From: Azolla caroliniana
Lineage: Eukaryota; Plantae; Polypodiophyta
DNA: 64,000 nt
Assembly: GCA_043228905.1 (NCBI GenBank)
Contig: JBHGNT010000008.1
Coordinates: 3,968,001 to 4,032,000 of the forward strand
Reading direction: 5' to 3'
Position 1 is the first letter of the stretch, and every line of letters starts with the position of its first letter. Below, in pieces: positions 49,975-61,700 of the stretch. The translations under genes were made by a program, and so were the position numbers. The notes under the pieces are model-generated. The model had not been told where the DNA came from, ran no database searches, and saw only the letters and a list, made by a program, of their open reading frames with translations.

Positions 49975-52922
49975 CAACGAGTAAAACACAGAGAATACGC
50001 AAGGTAAAGTATATTAACAAAGGAGAAAGACTCAACATTATACAAGGTGGGAGGAGGGTGCTTTATATAGTCACCCTCTCTCTTCATTAACTATAAGACT
50101 CATGGAGCATGGGGAATGTGAAAACTCATAAGTTATGTGTCATAGAATATGATTCTATGACTCATACTAAATGCTAGAATACAAAGTGGTGACATAATGG
50201 TGACTCTTGACTATTGGAGTGTCTATTCACTCTCAAGGTGAGTTCACACACTAGACCAAGTTAAGCTTGATTCTCAACAATGGCCAAACACACATTGATG
50301 CTACATGACAAAAATAAATTGGAAAAATGGCAAGTTAGGTCAAGACAATTTCCATTGAAAGACAAAGGATGCTCTTATAAATCCTTCTTCAAAAGGTTGC
50401 ATCTAATACACCAAAAGGAATCCATTAAATTCATCAAAACTGGTGATGGTTTGTGGACTACAAACCAACTTGAACTAGCCAATGAATGTGTAACTCACTT
50501 CTCTCACATATTTGAGAACAATGTAGTTGTTACAGATGCAGTTAAACATGCCAGAGATACATTCTTGCCACTAGCTCAACCCACTAATTGTGTTGATAAA
50601 GTTATTGCTTTGGATCCAACATTCACAATGGAGGAGCTTTTGGAGGCTCGAAAGGGCCTTTAGAAAGGCAAAGCGCTTGGTTGGGATGGTATTACGTTAG
50701 AGTTCATTGCAGAATTTTGGGATTTCCTTAAGGATTTAACCCTATCTATGGCAAATAATGCTTGCAATGGGATATGTCGATTTCATGGAAAGAAGGTTTG
50801 GTCAAATTCATACCCAAAAAGAAACAGTGTGAATCTTTTTTGGATTGGCGACCAATCATTCTCATGCCAATGATCTATAAACTTATTGCAAAGATAATTG
50901 ATAATCGTATTAAGGACACTTTGTTAGGAGGCATCCATGTAAACTAGTACAGGTTCATTCCCCGAAGGCAAATTACAGATAATATTGCTAATATCTATAT
51001 TGGAATGGAGTATGTCAAATACACCAAACAAGATGTATTGCTCATGCAAATTGACATTGAAAAGGCCTTTGACACCATCCAATGAGATTTTGTGGCATCC
51101 ACAATGATCAAATTAGGATTTGGTTCGAAAATGTCTCAAGTAATATATTGGCTTTATGGGTCTAGCACATATTCATGCATTATTGAGGGTGATTTGATAG
51201 ATTCATGGAGCTTAACCAAATCAGTACGACATGGTTGTCCTGTAAGTTCATTGTTGTATGCAATCACAACTCATCCACTACTATTGTACATGGATCATCT
51301 AGTATCAATTGGTCAACTTCACGGTTTGCAAATGAAAGACAAACATGATTTCGTGGCTCAAGCATATGCAGATGATAAATCAATCCTGTCACAAAACAAT
51401 CCAAATGATATGAGGATGATTATGGATGCCCTCAAATTGTATGGATTAGTTGCGGATTTCATGTTAACTTCAACAAGTCCAAACTTCTACCCTTGACACC
51501 ATATAGTTGGCATCAACTTTTGTGGCCAGGTCAAGTTGTTAGCCCAAATGAAATGGTTAGACATCTTGGCTATCCATTGAGATGGAATGCAACAGGGAAA
51601 AGAAAGGCTAGTTGGCCACTCCATGTCAAATTGAGGATAGTGCAATCTATATTTATGGCGTACATGCAATATTACTTAATTATGATTGATTGGCTGAAAT
51701 ACATGATACAAAAGATTAACTCAAAAATCATAAGCAGCTTTTAGTGCTCTAAGTGGTCACATAGAGGTATACAACTCATATCACTAGAGAAGATATGCAC
51801 TCCACGATTGAGTGGAGGGCTAAATATTTTGAATTTGCATTTGCATATGTTGGCTAGAAAAGCTACTTTATTGCCAAAATTTGCTAAAAAAACATTGCCT
51901 TGGGCAAGAATGCTATATGATATGTTTGATCATTTGAAAACCAAGTCATTTGGCTCATGGGATACTAACCATTGGGATGTAGTGTTTGGAAAGCTTGACG
52001 GGCACATCAATGGTTGTCCGTTTACCTCAAAGCTTCTAAACCATTGGATGGAAGTATTGCACCACATAAAATGGAGAGGTAGGAATTCAAAATCAGATAA
52101 CTCTTTACGCCAGGAAAGCTTACACTGGAGTGCTATATTCCCACAATCACTAGTTGAACAAGAGCCTAGGAAAGCTTATTTTTTAGCAAAGAAGGGGCTG
52201 AAATCAGTTGCAGATGTGGTAAATGACCAAGGTCACTTATTGCACTTCAATGACATGACATGTTGTTATAGACTTGGGCCACATCTACGTGTTATCTGGA
52301 ATCAAGTCACAAAGTTGGTACTTTCCTTAGTACTTGTGCCACCTCTAGATGGAGATCGTAGGATTCAGAATTGGATGTTACAAAAATGGAACATTGTTAT
52401 TCCAATGCATAACATTACAACACATTTAGTGTATATGTTGTTGCAACCTGTCCCATGGTTTCACGAACATGCAAATGCATTATGGAACCTACACAAAACA
52501 CAATCCTGGTGGAAAAACAGGCTTACAAGCTTATGAAGCTCTGGTCTTCCACTTAAGCAACGGGTATTCCTATGGAGATGCCTATTGGGTGCCCGATTGG
52601 GTCAAATCTTCAAAAGAGATTGATCACTTCGCCGCATTGTGCAAGATGTGGTGGACGATTGAAAACGATCCCACACTTATTATGGACTTGCTCATTCACT
52701 ACAACATTTGTACAAAGACTAAGTGCATCTCGTTATCACAGATTTCTTGGCCAAAGGTTTCTCCAATGGACACAATTTTGGGCACTATGGACCATTTGGA
52801 CAACCCGCAATAATAAGGTCTTTGATCGAAACCAATTGCATGAAGTCAGCTTCTTTAAGCAATCCCTCAGGCAATCTCTCTATTTGATTGTCTATAACTT
52901 AAAGATATCACTGCAAATTTAC
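49180..52922 (+). mobile_element. Degenerate L1-clade LINE ORF2 (endonuclease-RT-zinc finger)
   Basis: CGNFN and SDHAPV (endonuclease); WRPI.L...YKLIAKI, DIEKAFD, VRHGCP and AYADD (RT); CARC...HLLWTC; many stops. Confidence 0.88.
49847..50279 (-). mobile_element. Probable Copia solo LTR (one end truncated) inserted in the L1
   Basis: End AAGTTAAGCTTGATTCTCAACA resembles the outer Copia LTR end; ATGG is present on both sides and the L1 reads ...KNQE|MAKH across the insertion; (GA)n/(GT)n inside. Confidence 0.65.
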
Positions 52923-53253
52923 TGTCATAAACATATGCCACGTCTTCGAAGGCAAGGATTGAACCTAAGACCTCATGGTCTCCATTGGACAATCCTACCC
53001 ACTAAGATACATATGCATTATTAAATACCCAACTTCACATATTGTAGATTGAAACTTGGAAGTTTCCTAGCTTGCATGCATCCTCTATTCCTAGCTTGCA
53101 TACATCCTCATGCATCCTCTATTCCTAGCTTGCACACATCCTTATGCATACTCTATTTCTAGTTGGCATACATAGCCCTACCTTCTTGTATAAATACTCG
53201 GGTGCACCTTGATTCTAATCAAGGTGAAAAACACCAGTTACAGAATCATACGT
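52923..53253 (+). mobile_element. LTR-like fragment with chromovirus-LTR architecture
   Basis: Starts TGTCAT; antisense A/B-box module similar to 22871-22929; ~30-bp internal repeats; TATAAA at ~53189 followed by palindrome CACCTTGATT/AATCAAGGTG. Confidence 0.5.
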
Positions 53254-53881
53254 TGTCGTGAAGATCTGTCACTACGTGCGGATCGTGAGGCGGAACCACC
53301 GGGGTCCTAGACCGGAAGGATTCAAAGTTTGCACTAACTTTAGCAAGAAAGTATTTAAGAGATTGAGAGAGATTGATATGGTGAGAGAGAGATATTGAGA
53401 TAAAGATTTAACTCTTGATTTTAGATTTGAGAGAGAAGATACATCAACAATAGGATTACAAGTTTTCTTTTTTTTTCCCCCGATTTTACATTAGTCCCAT
53501 CTGCTTGATTCCTCCCCTCTTTTATAGATGCCCCCATGCATGTGGTGCATGTGAGGGTGCAAGACATGCACGTAATGCATGAAATGCATGCAATGCATGC
53601 TTGCCATGTCATCTTCTAAGGTCTCATGTATGAGAATTTACATGTAAAAGTATAATGATAAAAATATAGCTTCTAAGGAAATGGCTTGGCTCACCGTCTC
53701 GCCGGATCCGTCCGGTCACCGTCTCGGTGGCTCCGTCCGGTCGGCCAAAACCTTTATAAGTAGTTAGGCCACACCCATTCATCCAATTAGTTTAGGCCAC
53801 ACACACACACCGAATCTATTCGTTTGTGTGTGGAACTACATACCTAATTCCATCCAAACGTTATAGGGGAGATTTCCAACA
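53254..53881 (-). mobile_element. Solo LTR of the Gypsy A clade
   Basis: Minus-strand end CTTCACGACA with the U5 motif GACCCCGGTGGTTCCGCC; minus TATAAAA at ~53520-53526; other end TGTTGG; ACGT on both sides; 628 bp versus 635 bp for LTR A. Confidence 0.75.
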
Positions 53882-53885
53882 ACGT

Positions 53886-54684
53886 GGATAACTCAAGTGG
53901 AACGGGCGCGAACGGGGATGTGGAATGACTTGCACATGCACATACGAAAATTGTGTATATAAATAAAAGGGGAAATGTAAACGGTGCTAAAATGCACAAG
54001 GGAGTTAGTGAGGAATAAATGTGATGTGTACATTAGTGCACATGCAGCGTAGGAGGTCGTGGGGTGAGTTTAAAAGTGAGAGGAGTTTTAATGTACCTCT
54101 CCTAAAATCAAGGCAAGATATCTCATCTGAAAAGAGATGAATATTTGACCGCACTTTTGTAATGGCCTTCCCTCCTTGGACTATAAAAGGAGAGGACGGG
54201 GCTCTTGTTAGGGGTTCACCGTTTTTGGTTTTTCTCTCTGGTTTTGGGATCTTTTTTAGGGTTCATTTAGGGTTTTGGGGTTTCTCGAGCTCATATGCTC
54301 TAAGGGTTCCAATTTCTATTCTGACTACTGCGCAAGGCCTCCACTCGCAACAACGAGCCCGAGAGCTCCCCGATTGGAGGCTTGCATGTAGATAATTGTT
54401 ATATTCCGTTCATTTTATCTTGCTCGAAGCCGTAGATGTAATCATTTTGTTATATACATATACAAATTTAGTCTTGCGTATGGTGTTTGTATCTACTGGT
54501 TGTTCTCTCTATGATTGGAGGCGTGCTTGTAAATAATCGTTATATTCCGTTTGTTTTGTCCGGCTTGAAGCCGCAGATGTAATCATTTCGTTATATACAT
54601 ATACAAATTTAGTCTTGCGTCTGGTGTTTGTATCTACTAGTTGTTCTCTCTATATATGCTCTTTCTTTACTGGTATCCGAGTGT

Positions 54685-54756
<72 letters not shown>

Positions 54757-57634
54757 AGTACGCAATGCTTTGTGAGTGAAGATCGTACTATCTCACAACA
54801 AAATGCTCGTCATAATGCATATGAAGAAAAATTGAAAAATAAGGTTAAGGATGTGCCTAAAGATGGAAATGTAGGCAAATAGGGACATGTGACCCATGAG
54901 ATTAACCCACGGCTGGTATTTTGGATACTTTCCGAAGGTATTTTGGATCGTATACATAAATTCTCACTTGGCGAATGGACACCGGAATCCGATCATAGGC
55001 CTTTATGCATTCATCTCAAATGTATGCATAGGTTTGATTGCGAGAAGGTTATTGAAGATAATAAACAACCGCACTTGAGCATGAACCTTAAGCGAGCGCC
55101 CATGTATTCCAAGATGGTTGAGGATATGTTACAAATGACAAAGATACAACATGGTGCCACACTAGAATGCAAATGGTTTGATAAAGAATGTCGTGAAGCA
55201 CGAAAGTGCCTTATGATTTTGGATGTAGTTAAGGATAAAGAGAATTACCAAACGCATTTGCATGAGTATAAAAGGCTCATCCAAAGAAAGAGAAGAATAT
55301 GGGAAGTTACTCAACAATTTATCCAAACGCAAGAGAAAGCACGTGCATCTGCTAAATTTTAGGGAAATTTAAAGGGGAAATGTGTTGAGAGTTATGGTGA
55401 CTTAACTCGAAGAATATGGGAAGTTACTCAACAATTTATCCAAACGCAAGAGAAAGCACATGCATGTGCTAAAATTTCAGGAAATTTAAAGGTGAAACAT
55501 GTTGAGAGTTATGGTGACTTAACTCTTCATGACTTGTCTATGCATTGTAAGAATTGATATGAGTTATCTCTTGCCGAAAAGATGATGTGTTATGGTTCTC
55601 TTTCACATATGTCTCCCTTCTTTACAATTGAAGAGATATGCATAGGACTTAAGAAATTGGCCTCTCGAAAGGCAAGCGATCTTCAATATATAAAGGCTGA
55701 AATGCTCAAATGGACGAAAAAGGGAGGACATGTATGGATAAGCGATATGTTTAATGATGCATTGCAACATGGTATGCCATATGATTGGACTACAAATTGG
55801 ATCAAAACTTTACATAAAGGTGGAGATGTAAATAATGTAAACAACTATCGAACTATCATGGTTGGCTCATTAATGGCAAAACTATTTGGATATATAATGG
55901 AATTAAAGATAAGTGTATGGACTGAAAAAAATGGTAAGAGAGCTTATGGACAACCTAGCTTTCGAAAACACCATAACACCATTGATCACTTTGTCACCCT
56001 TCGAGTATTAATAGAGGAAAGTCGCCTTAGGGGTAAAGGTTTATATTGTTGCTTTGTAGACTTCAAGAAAGTTTTTGATATGGTACCTCGTGAGCATCTT
56101 TGGAGGCGAATAGAAGAACTTGAGGTGCCAAGTGAATATATGCTTGCAATTTCCCAAATTTATGAGAAGGTTATATGTTGTGTGCGTATGAGGGATAAAC
56201 TTTCAGATTTTTTCAAAAGCACTGGATGCCCACTCTCACCAACACTATTTGGTCTATGCATTGATGAATTGGAAGAAATGGTTATCAAGTTTGCAAAGGA
56301 AGAATGTGTTGAAGAAGTTGCCATTGGGAATGTTGTGATTATGCTTTTGCTATATGAAGATGATGTAGTGCTTTTTGCAAATACTTTAGGAGATGCACAA
56401 AAGCTTATGAAGGTATTGGAAATTTTTTGCACATACTAAATTAAGTATCAATAGCTCTAAAATAAAGATTATGCTTGTGAAGAACAAAAAATGTTAAGAG
56501 ATAAACCATGCATTATGTACAACAATGAGCCACTTGAATGTGTAGAAAGCTTCAAATATCTTGGCCTTGAAATTCCTTCAAATCATAGATGAAATGAATG
56601 TGTTACACACCGCTTAGAGGCGGGTACGCGAGCATACCATGCATTTGAGAACACATGCAAATATTGGAGATATTAAGTGTTGGGTCCTCAAGAAATATCT
56701 TTTCGACACTTTGGTGACCCCGGTTCTTCTTTATGGGGTGGAAGTATGGGGCGGTAGTATCCCTAAATCTACGTGGAAAGAGTTTGAAAAAGTCCAAAAA
56801 CATTTTCTTATAAAGTTTCTACAAGTTAAGAAACAAACTCCTTACACCCTCCTCCTTGAGACGGGATTGCTTCCCATTGAGATTATGGCCATGGAAAGGG
56901 TTGTTGAATACATGCGTAAGGTTCAAAAAAGTCCCTCACATCGACTTCCTAGAATTGCATGAGAAGCAAGCAAAAAGATCTAAAAGACTCATAAAAGCAA
57001 ATTTTTGTGTTTCGGTTGGATGCAAGATATAGAAAAATGGTTTGGTAGATGGGATGCGAGACACTTGCTTCATGATGCATCACTAGATTCCTCTGTAAAT
57101 GAGGCATTTTTGCAACGCCAATGTATCATGACATGGGACAAATGTGGAGGCTCACGCTTCACACATTATACTACACATGTTGCACCTAACTACAAAACCA
57201 TATTCTTTGCAGAACAGGGAAACCGTACACATAGATACATGTTAGAGCCCATACCATTATCTGCCACTCGACCCATTGCTTCCATGCGACTTAGCTCACA
57301 TGCATTGCAATGTGAGACAGGGCATTGGGGCACAAGTGATGAGAGTGGTCGGCTATGCACACTTTGCCCGAAAACAAGTTTGCGAGCCTGAGTATCACAC
57401 TTTGATTCAATGCTCTGCCTTTGATCATATTCAATCATGCTTTCCACATCTCTTCGACCAAGCCCAATCCTTGCATGAATTCCTCTCACAACCACAATGT
57501 GCACTCTCGATTGCAACATTCATTCGTAAAGTTCTTGAACATCAAGAGTCACTACTCACTTTCACATGTATAACGTGAAATGTAATATTTAAGGTCTCAT
57601 AGGTCATATTTGACCTCTGAAGACGATAATATAA

Positions 57635-57693
<59 letters not shown>

Positions 57694-57995
57694 TTTCTAT
57701 CTGGCGTCATGGTAGTTAAAATAGAGGGAAATACGGTTGCCGAAGTGCAAGTTGGGGGCCACGAGGGCCCATCGGAACGATCCGGCTAGACTAGCCCGAA
57801 AGGACAGAGGGGAGTCGGCCAACCAAACCGGATGAAACTGACAAGCAACCACCATGGAGAGACGACGACTAGGCCGAAGCCCTAGTTGGGGAAGACGACA
57901 CCGACGGAGCCTAGTTACCCATTAATCCTTCTCCCTGGTTTGAGACCCTGGTGGTTCCACCCAAGCTGACTCGCTAGTTGCGAATTTTTGCGACA
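53886..57995 (+). mobile_element. Gypsy A-clade LTR (5' end unclear), split by the LINE
   Basis: TATAAAA at ~54182; ~140-bp duplication at 54370-54650; U5 motif GAGACCCTGGTGGTTCCACC and end TTGCGACA at 57995. Confidence 0.55.
54754..57634 (+). mobile_element. 5'-truncated LINE, RTEX/RTE-like, inserted in a (TC)n tract
   Basis: SDHRPL, WFDKEC, NNYRTI, CFVDFKKVFD, GCPLSPTLF, LLYEDD, LLYGVEVWG, C-terminal RLSSH.L..ETG...CTLC...H...C; 3' hairpin AGGTCA-TATT-TGACCT; (TC)n on both flanks. Confidence 0.85.
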
Positions 57996-58102
57996 ACATA
58001 GGAATATTCGATTGAAGCTTTGTTATTAGTGTTCATGCAATGGACAATAGAAAAAAGCACACCCAGAAACACATCCCAGCATATGGGTTTATTTACACGA
58101 GC

Positions 58103-58315
58103 ATGCATTTCTAGTGTTTGATTACCAAGAAAGAAAACGCAATCATGAGAATTGCTTAAATGCATTCTAGTGTTCGATTACCGGGAGAGAAAAAAAGCAG
58201 ATAGTATGCATTCTCGTGTTTGATTACGGGGAAAGAAAGAGCAAATCAAGCGGAATGCTTCTACATTATGGTGTTCCGATTACCAGGGAAAGAAAAAGCA
58301 GAGATGAGCAGAATG
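58103..58315 (+). repeat. Degenerate ~45-60-bp tandem repeat x 4
   Basis: Core GCATT.CTAGTGTT.GATTACC..GA.AGAAAA recurs four times. Confidence 0.7.
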
Positions 58316-58334
58316 CTAGGGTAAATCTTATTTA

Positions 58335-58578
58335 GGGAAAAGTACCAGGATACCCTTGTAAGTTCGTCTATTTACTAGAATGCCCCTAGAAGTTCCAAAT
58401 TTACCAAACTACCCCTATGTCCAAAAAATTACACTTTATAAAGTAATTATACACTCAAATCTATAATTACTTTATAAAGTGTAATTTTTTGGACATAGGG
58501 GTAGTTTGGTAAATTTGGAACTTCCAGGGGCATTATGGTAAATAGACAAACTTCCAAGGGTATCCTGGTACTTTTCCC
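58335..58578. mobile_element. Mutator-like MITE (copy 2), near-palindromic
   Basis: GGGAAAAGTACCAGGATACCC...GGGTATCCTGGTACTTTTCCC; 9-bp TSD TCTTATTTA / TTTTATTTA. Confidence 0.9.
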
Positions 58579-58757
58579 TTTTATTTATTATGTATTGTGT
58601 GTGGCCACGGGCAAGCTAATGATGAGTAGAACAGGAGGGGTATTGTTTGTAAATATACAAAACCTGAAGCTTTATTTCTATGTGTGTATTTATTTTAGGT
58701 TTAGACAGTAGTAGCAGTAGTAGGGAAGAACAGAGAAGAGAAGAAGAAGCAGAGCTC

Positions 58758-61700
58758 ATGGCGAGTCGACAGGACGACGCAGAATCAGAGGAGAAAGAGA
58801 AAGAGAAGGAGAAGGAGGAGGAGGAAGAGGAAGAAATCGGGTTTGAGGAGATGGGTTTAGACCCTCGCCTACTGAAAGCCATCACCAAACGCAGAATCTC
58901 TAATCCTACTGCAATCCAGCTCAAAGCCATCCCACTCATCATGGTTAACTCAACTAACCATACCTTTTCTTCCTCTTCTAAGCTCTATCTCTGATGTGTT
59001 TGTTGAAATTTGATTTATGTATGGGTTTTTCCTTTGCCTGCATCTATAGCTTTACCATTTCCTTTTCTGCCTGTCACTATGAAGATTGGAGATTTTTCTT
59101 CGATGCTTTGATTGCAAAACATTGTTGAAGGTATCCCATTGGAGAGACCTTGGGAAAATAGGAGGCCTATCTTAGTTAATGTTTCGTTTTTCATCCTTTG
59201 TACGATGAAGAGGGAATTGTTTAGTGTCGAAGGATACGTAAGGTAAAACATTGCTTGCTTTTGGACAAATAGCATACTTTAGGATCAGATTTTGTTTCGA
59301 TATATTGCTGTTTGCTTAGCAACATTCGGCTGAAAAAAACCAAGTTCAATTGGCACTTAGTAGAATACACAGCAGTAATGATTGTAAGGTATAATCTATT
59401 AATCCACTTCAAGTTCAATCAGTAATGGCGGACAGCACAGCATTTCGCAATTGGATGTATGTTGTATACTCTTTTTGTTGTGCTTGATATTTTCAATTAA
59501 CTTTTTCTCATGCACATGATAGTTTCATAGATGTTGATGAAACATTGCAAATGTAAGCAATAGGTTTGAAGCTTCCATATTATGGCATCTGGTGCAAGAC
59601 GAGTATGATTCAACTTGTCACACCTGGCGGATAAGACAATTGATGATTAGGTCTAGAATTACCTCGAATCTAAAAAACTTCAGTTTAGCACCCCTACATT
59701 GTCAGCAATGCTTCTGTCCTTGTTAGGAGTACAACCTTGTAGGAATTCTTGAAAATCATATCAGATATCCTCATAATATCATATACAAGGCATTCCAAAG
59801 TGAGATGTTCTTATGTTTCTAGTACATGGTGGCAACATGAGTCACATATTCTCTTGCTCTGCTCAATGTTCAGGAACTTCAATGTGTGTTACTGTGAATG
59901 CATTAGTGTGAATCGTGATGGCACATCTTGTTTGCTTTGACATGGGTGTCCAGATATAATGTTGGGCATCAGTCTTTTGCATGATGCTAACATTTTCGTT
60001 CTTTGTATATCATTTAATCACAATAAATGCTGCTGCTATTCGAGATAGCTTTTGTGTAGGACAAATCGAGCTATAATTGGGATTGATTATTACTGTTGCA
60101 TATGCTTTCATTTGAGAGAATCTTAATTTGCAAAGTGATCAGACAAACAAATTTGTTTATGCATTTGTGTACAATCTATAAATAGTTCATGTAAACATAT
60201 TGATAGTATTCATAATGAAGTTTAATATTGATGAATAGTGGGTTGTTCTGTTGTGTAGGAGGGAAAGGATGTAGTTGCAAGAGCAAGGACAGGATCTGGA
60301 AAGACACTTGCTTATCTATTGCCTCTCCTTCAGAAGTGCATTAATAATAAGCGAGATACAGAGTCTGGTCTATCTGCTTTGGTGCTAGTTCCTACCAGAG
60401 AGTTATGTCAGCAAGTATATTCAGAAGTGACATCATTGTTGGAGCACTGTGGAGGACCATGGAAGGCAGTACAGTTAACAAGTAGCATGTCTACACCATC
60501 TTTGGTATTTCATTTTTTCTGCGATAATTACATAGTGATTTTCATGTCACAAGAAAGTCATTCTGAATTAACTGACCTTTCGGGACAGAATGCTGCACTA
60601 GGAGGAGCTCCAGACATTCTTATATCAACACCAGCTTGTATTGCTATGTGCATACGAGAAAAAATCATAAAAGTGGCCTTGTGGCAAGAAAAGCTGTCAA
60701 CCATGGTGTTAGATGAGGTAAATGTAGATCATTTTCTCTTTAAACTTGGAGTACAATGTCATCTCTGGAAGCTATACAGGACAATACGTGATGCTTTAGT
60801 GCGAAACTCATTTCCTTTTCATAGTATATACTTGTGTATGTATGTATATTGAAGATCATATAAAATGACTGGAACATAATGTAATCCAATGTTTGCTTGC
60901 ATGACTACAGGCGGATCTCCTCCTCTCTTATGGTTATGAAGATGACATTCGAAACCTTGCACCGCATATCCCTCGAAAATGCCAGTGTATTTTGATGTCT
61001 GCAACATCAAGGTTAGGGCACAATTTCTTGTACTGGAATTATAGTTGCATAGTACGCAATTGCTTGACGTAGAAAGGATTTATAAATTTTCTTTCTGGTT
61101 ATAGTTCTGATATTGAAAAACTCAAGAAGCTCGTGTTACACAATCCAGTTACCCTGACCCTTACTGAAGTGGAAGGCGATTTGAAGGATGATATTGTTCC
61201 GACTTCTGTACAACAATTTCAGGTATTGAATCTCTGGTCTAGCATATGCATTTATATTTCTTTCTAGACCATCTTTCCATATCTAAAATAATTAATATAA
61301 TTCATAAAATAACAAGAATATTGATGTTTAGGCTTTCATAAGCTATGGGGCACCTTGGATGCAAAGAATTTCTTTACCTCTTCATAAGATAGCATAAGTG
61401 GGATCCTTTTTATGTTTGTAGTACGTACTAGTTACTAATCTTATATAATCCTTTGATGTGCAACTTTATGTTTGTCTAGGAATGGTAAGATTCAACAATG
61501 GTCTTGGTGAAGCACTTTATACATATACTAGGAAATTTATATCATTTCAATTGCTGAGTATGCATTTTCATTATAACTAGCAATATGTCTGCAGATTTTA
61601 TGTAAATCAGAGGACAAACTCCTAAATATTCTGGCGCTCCTGCATCTTGAGCTTGTACAGAAGAAGGTTCTAATTTTTGTGAACAAAATTGATACTGGAT

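Noticed and set aside
49798-50090. ORFs with ERERE/CVCV/HTHT runs
   Set aside because: Translations of (GA)n and (GT)n microsatellites.
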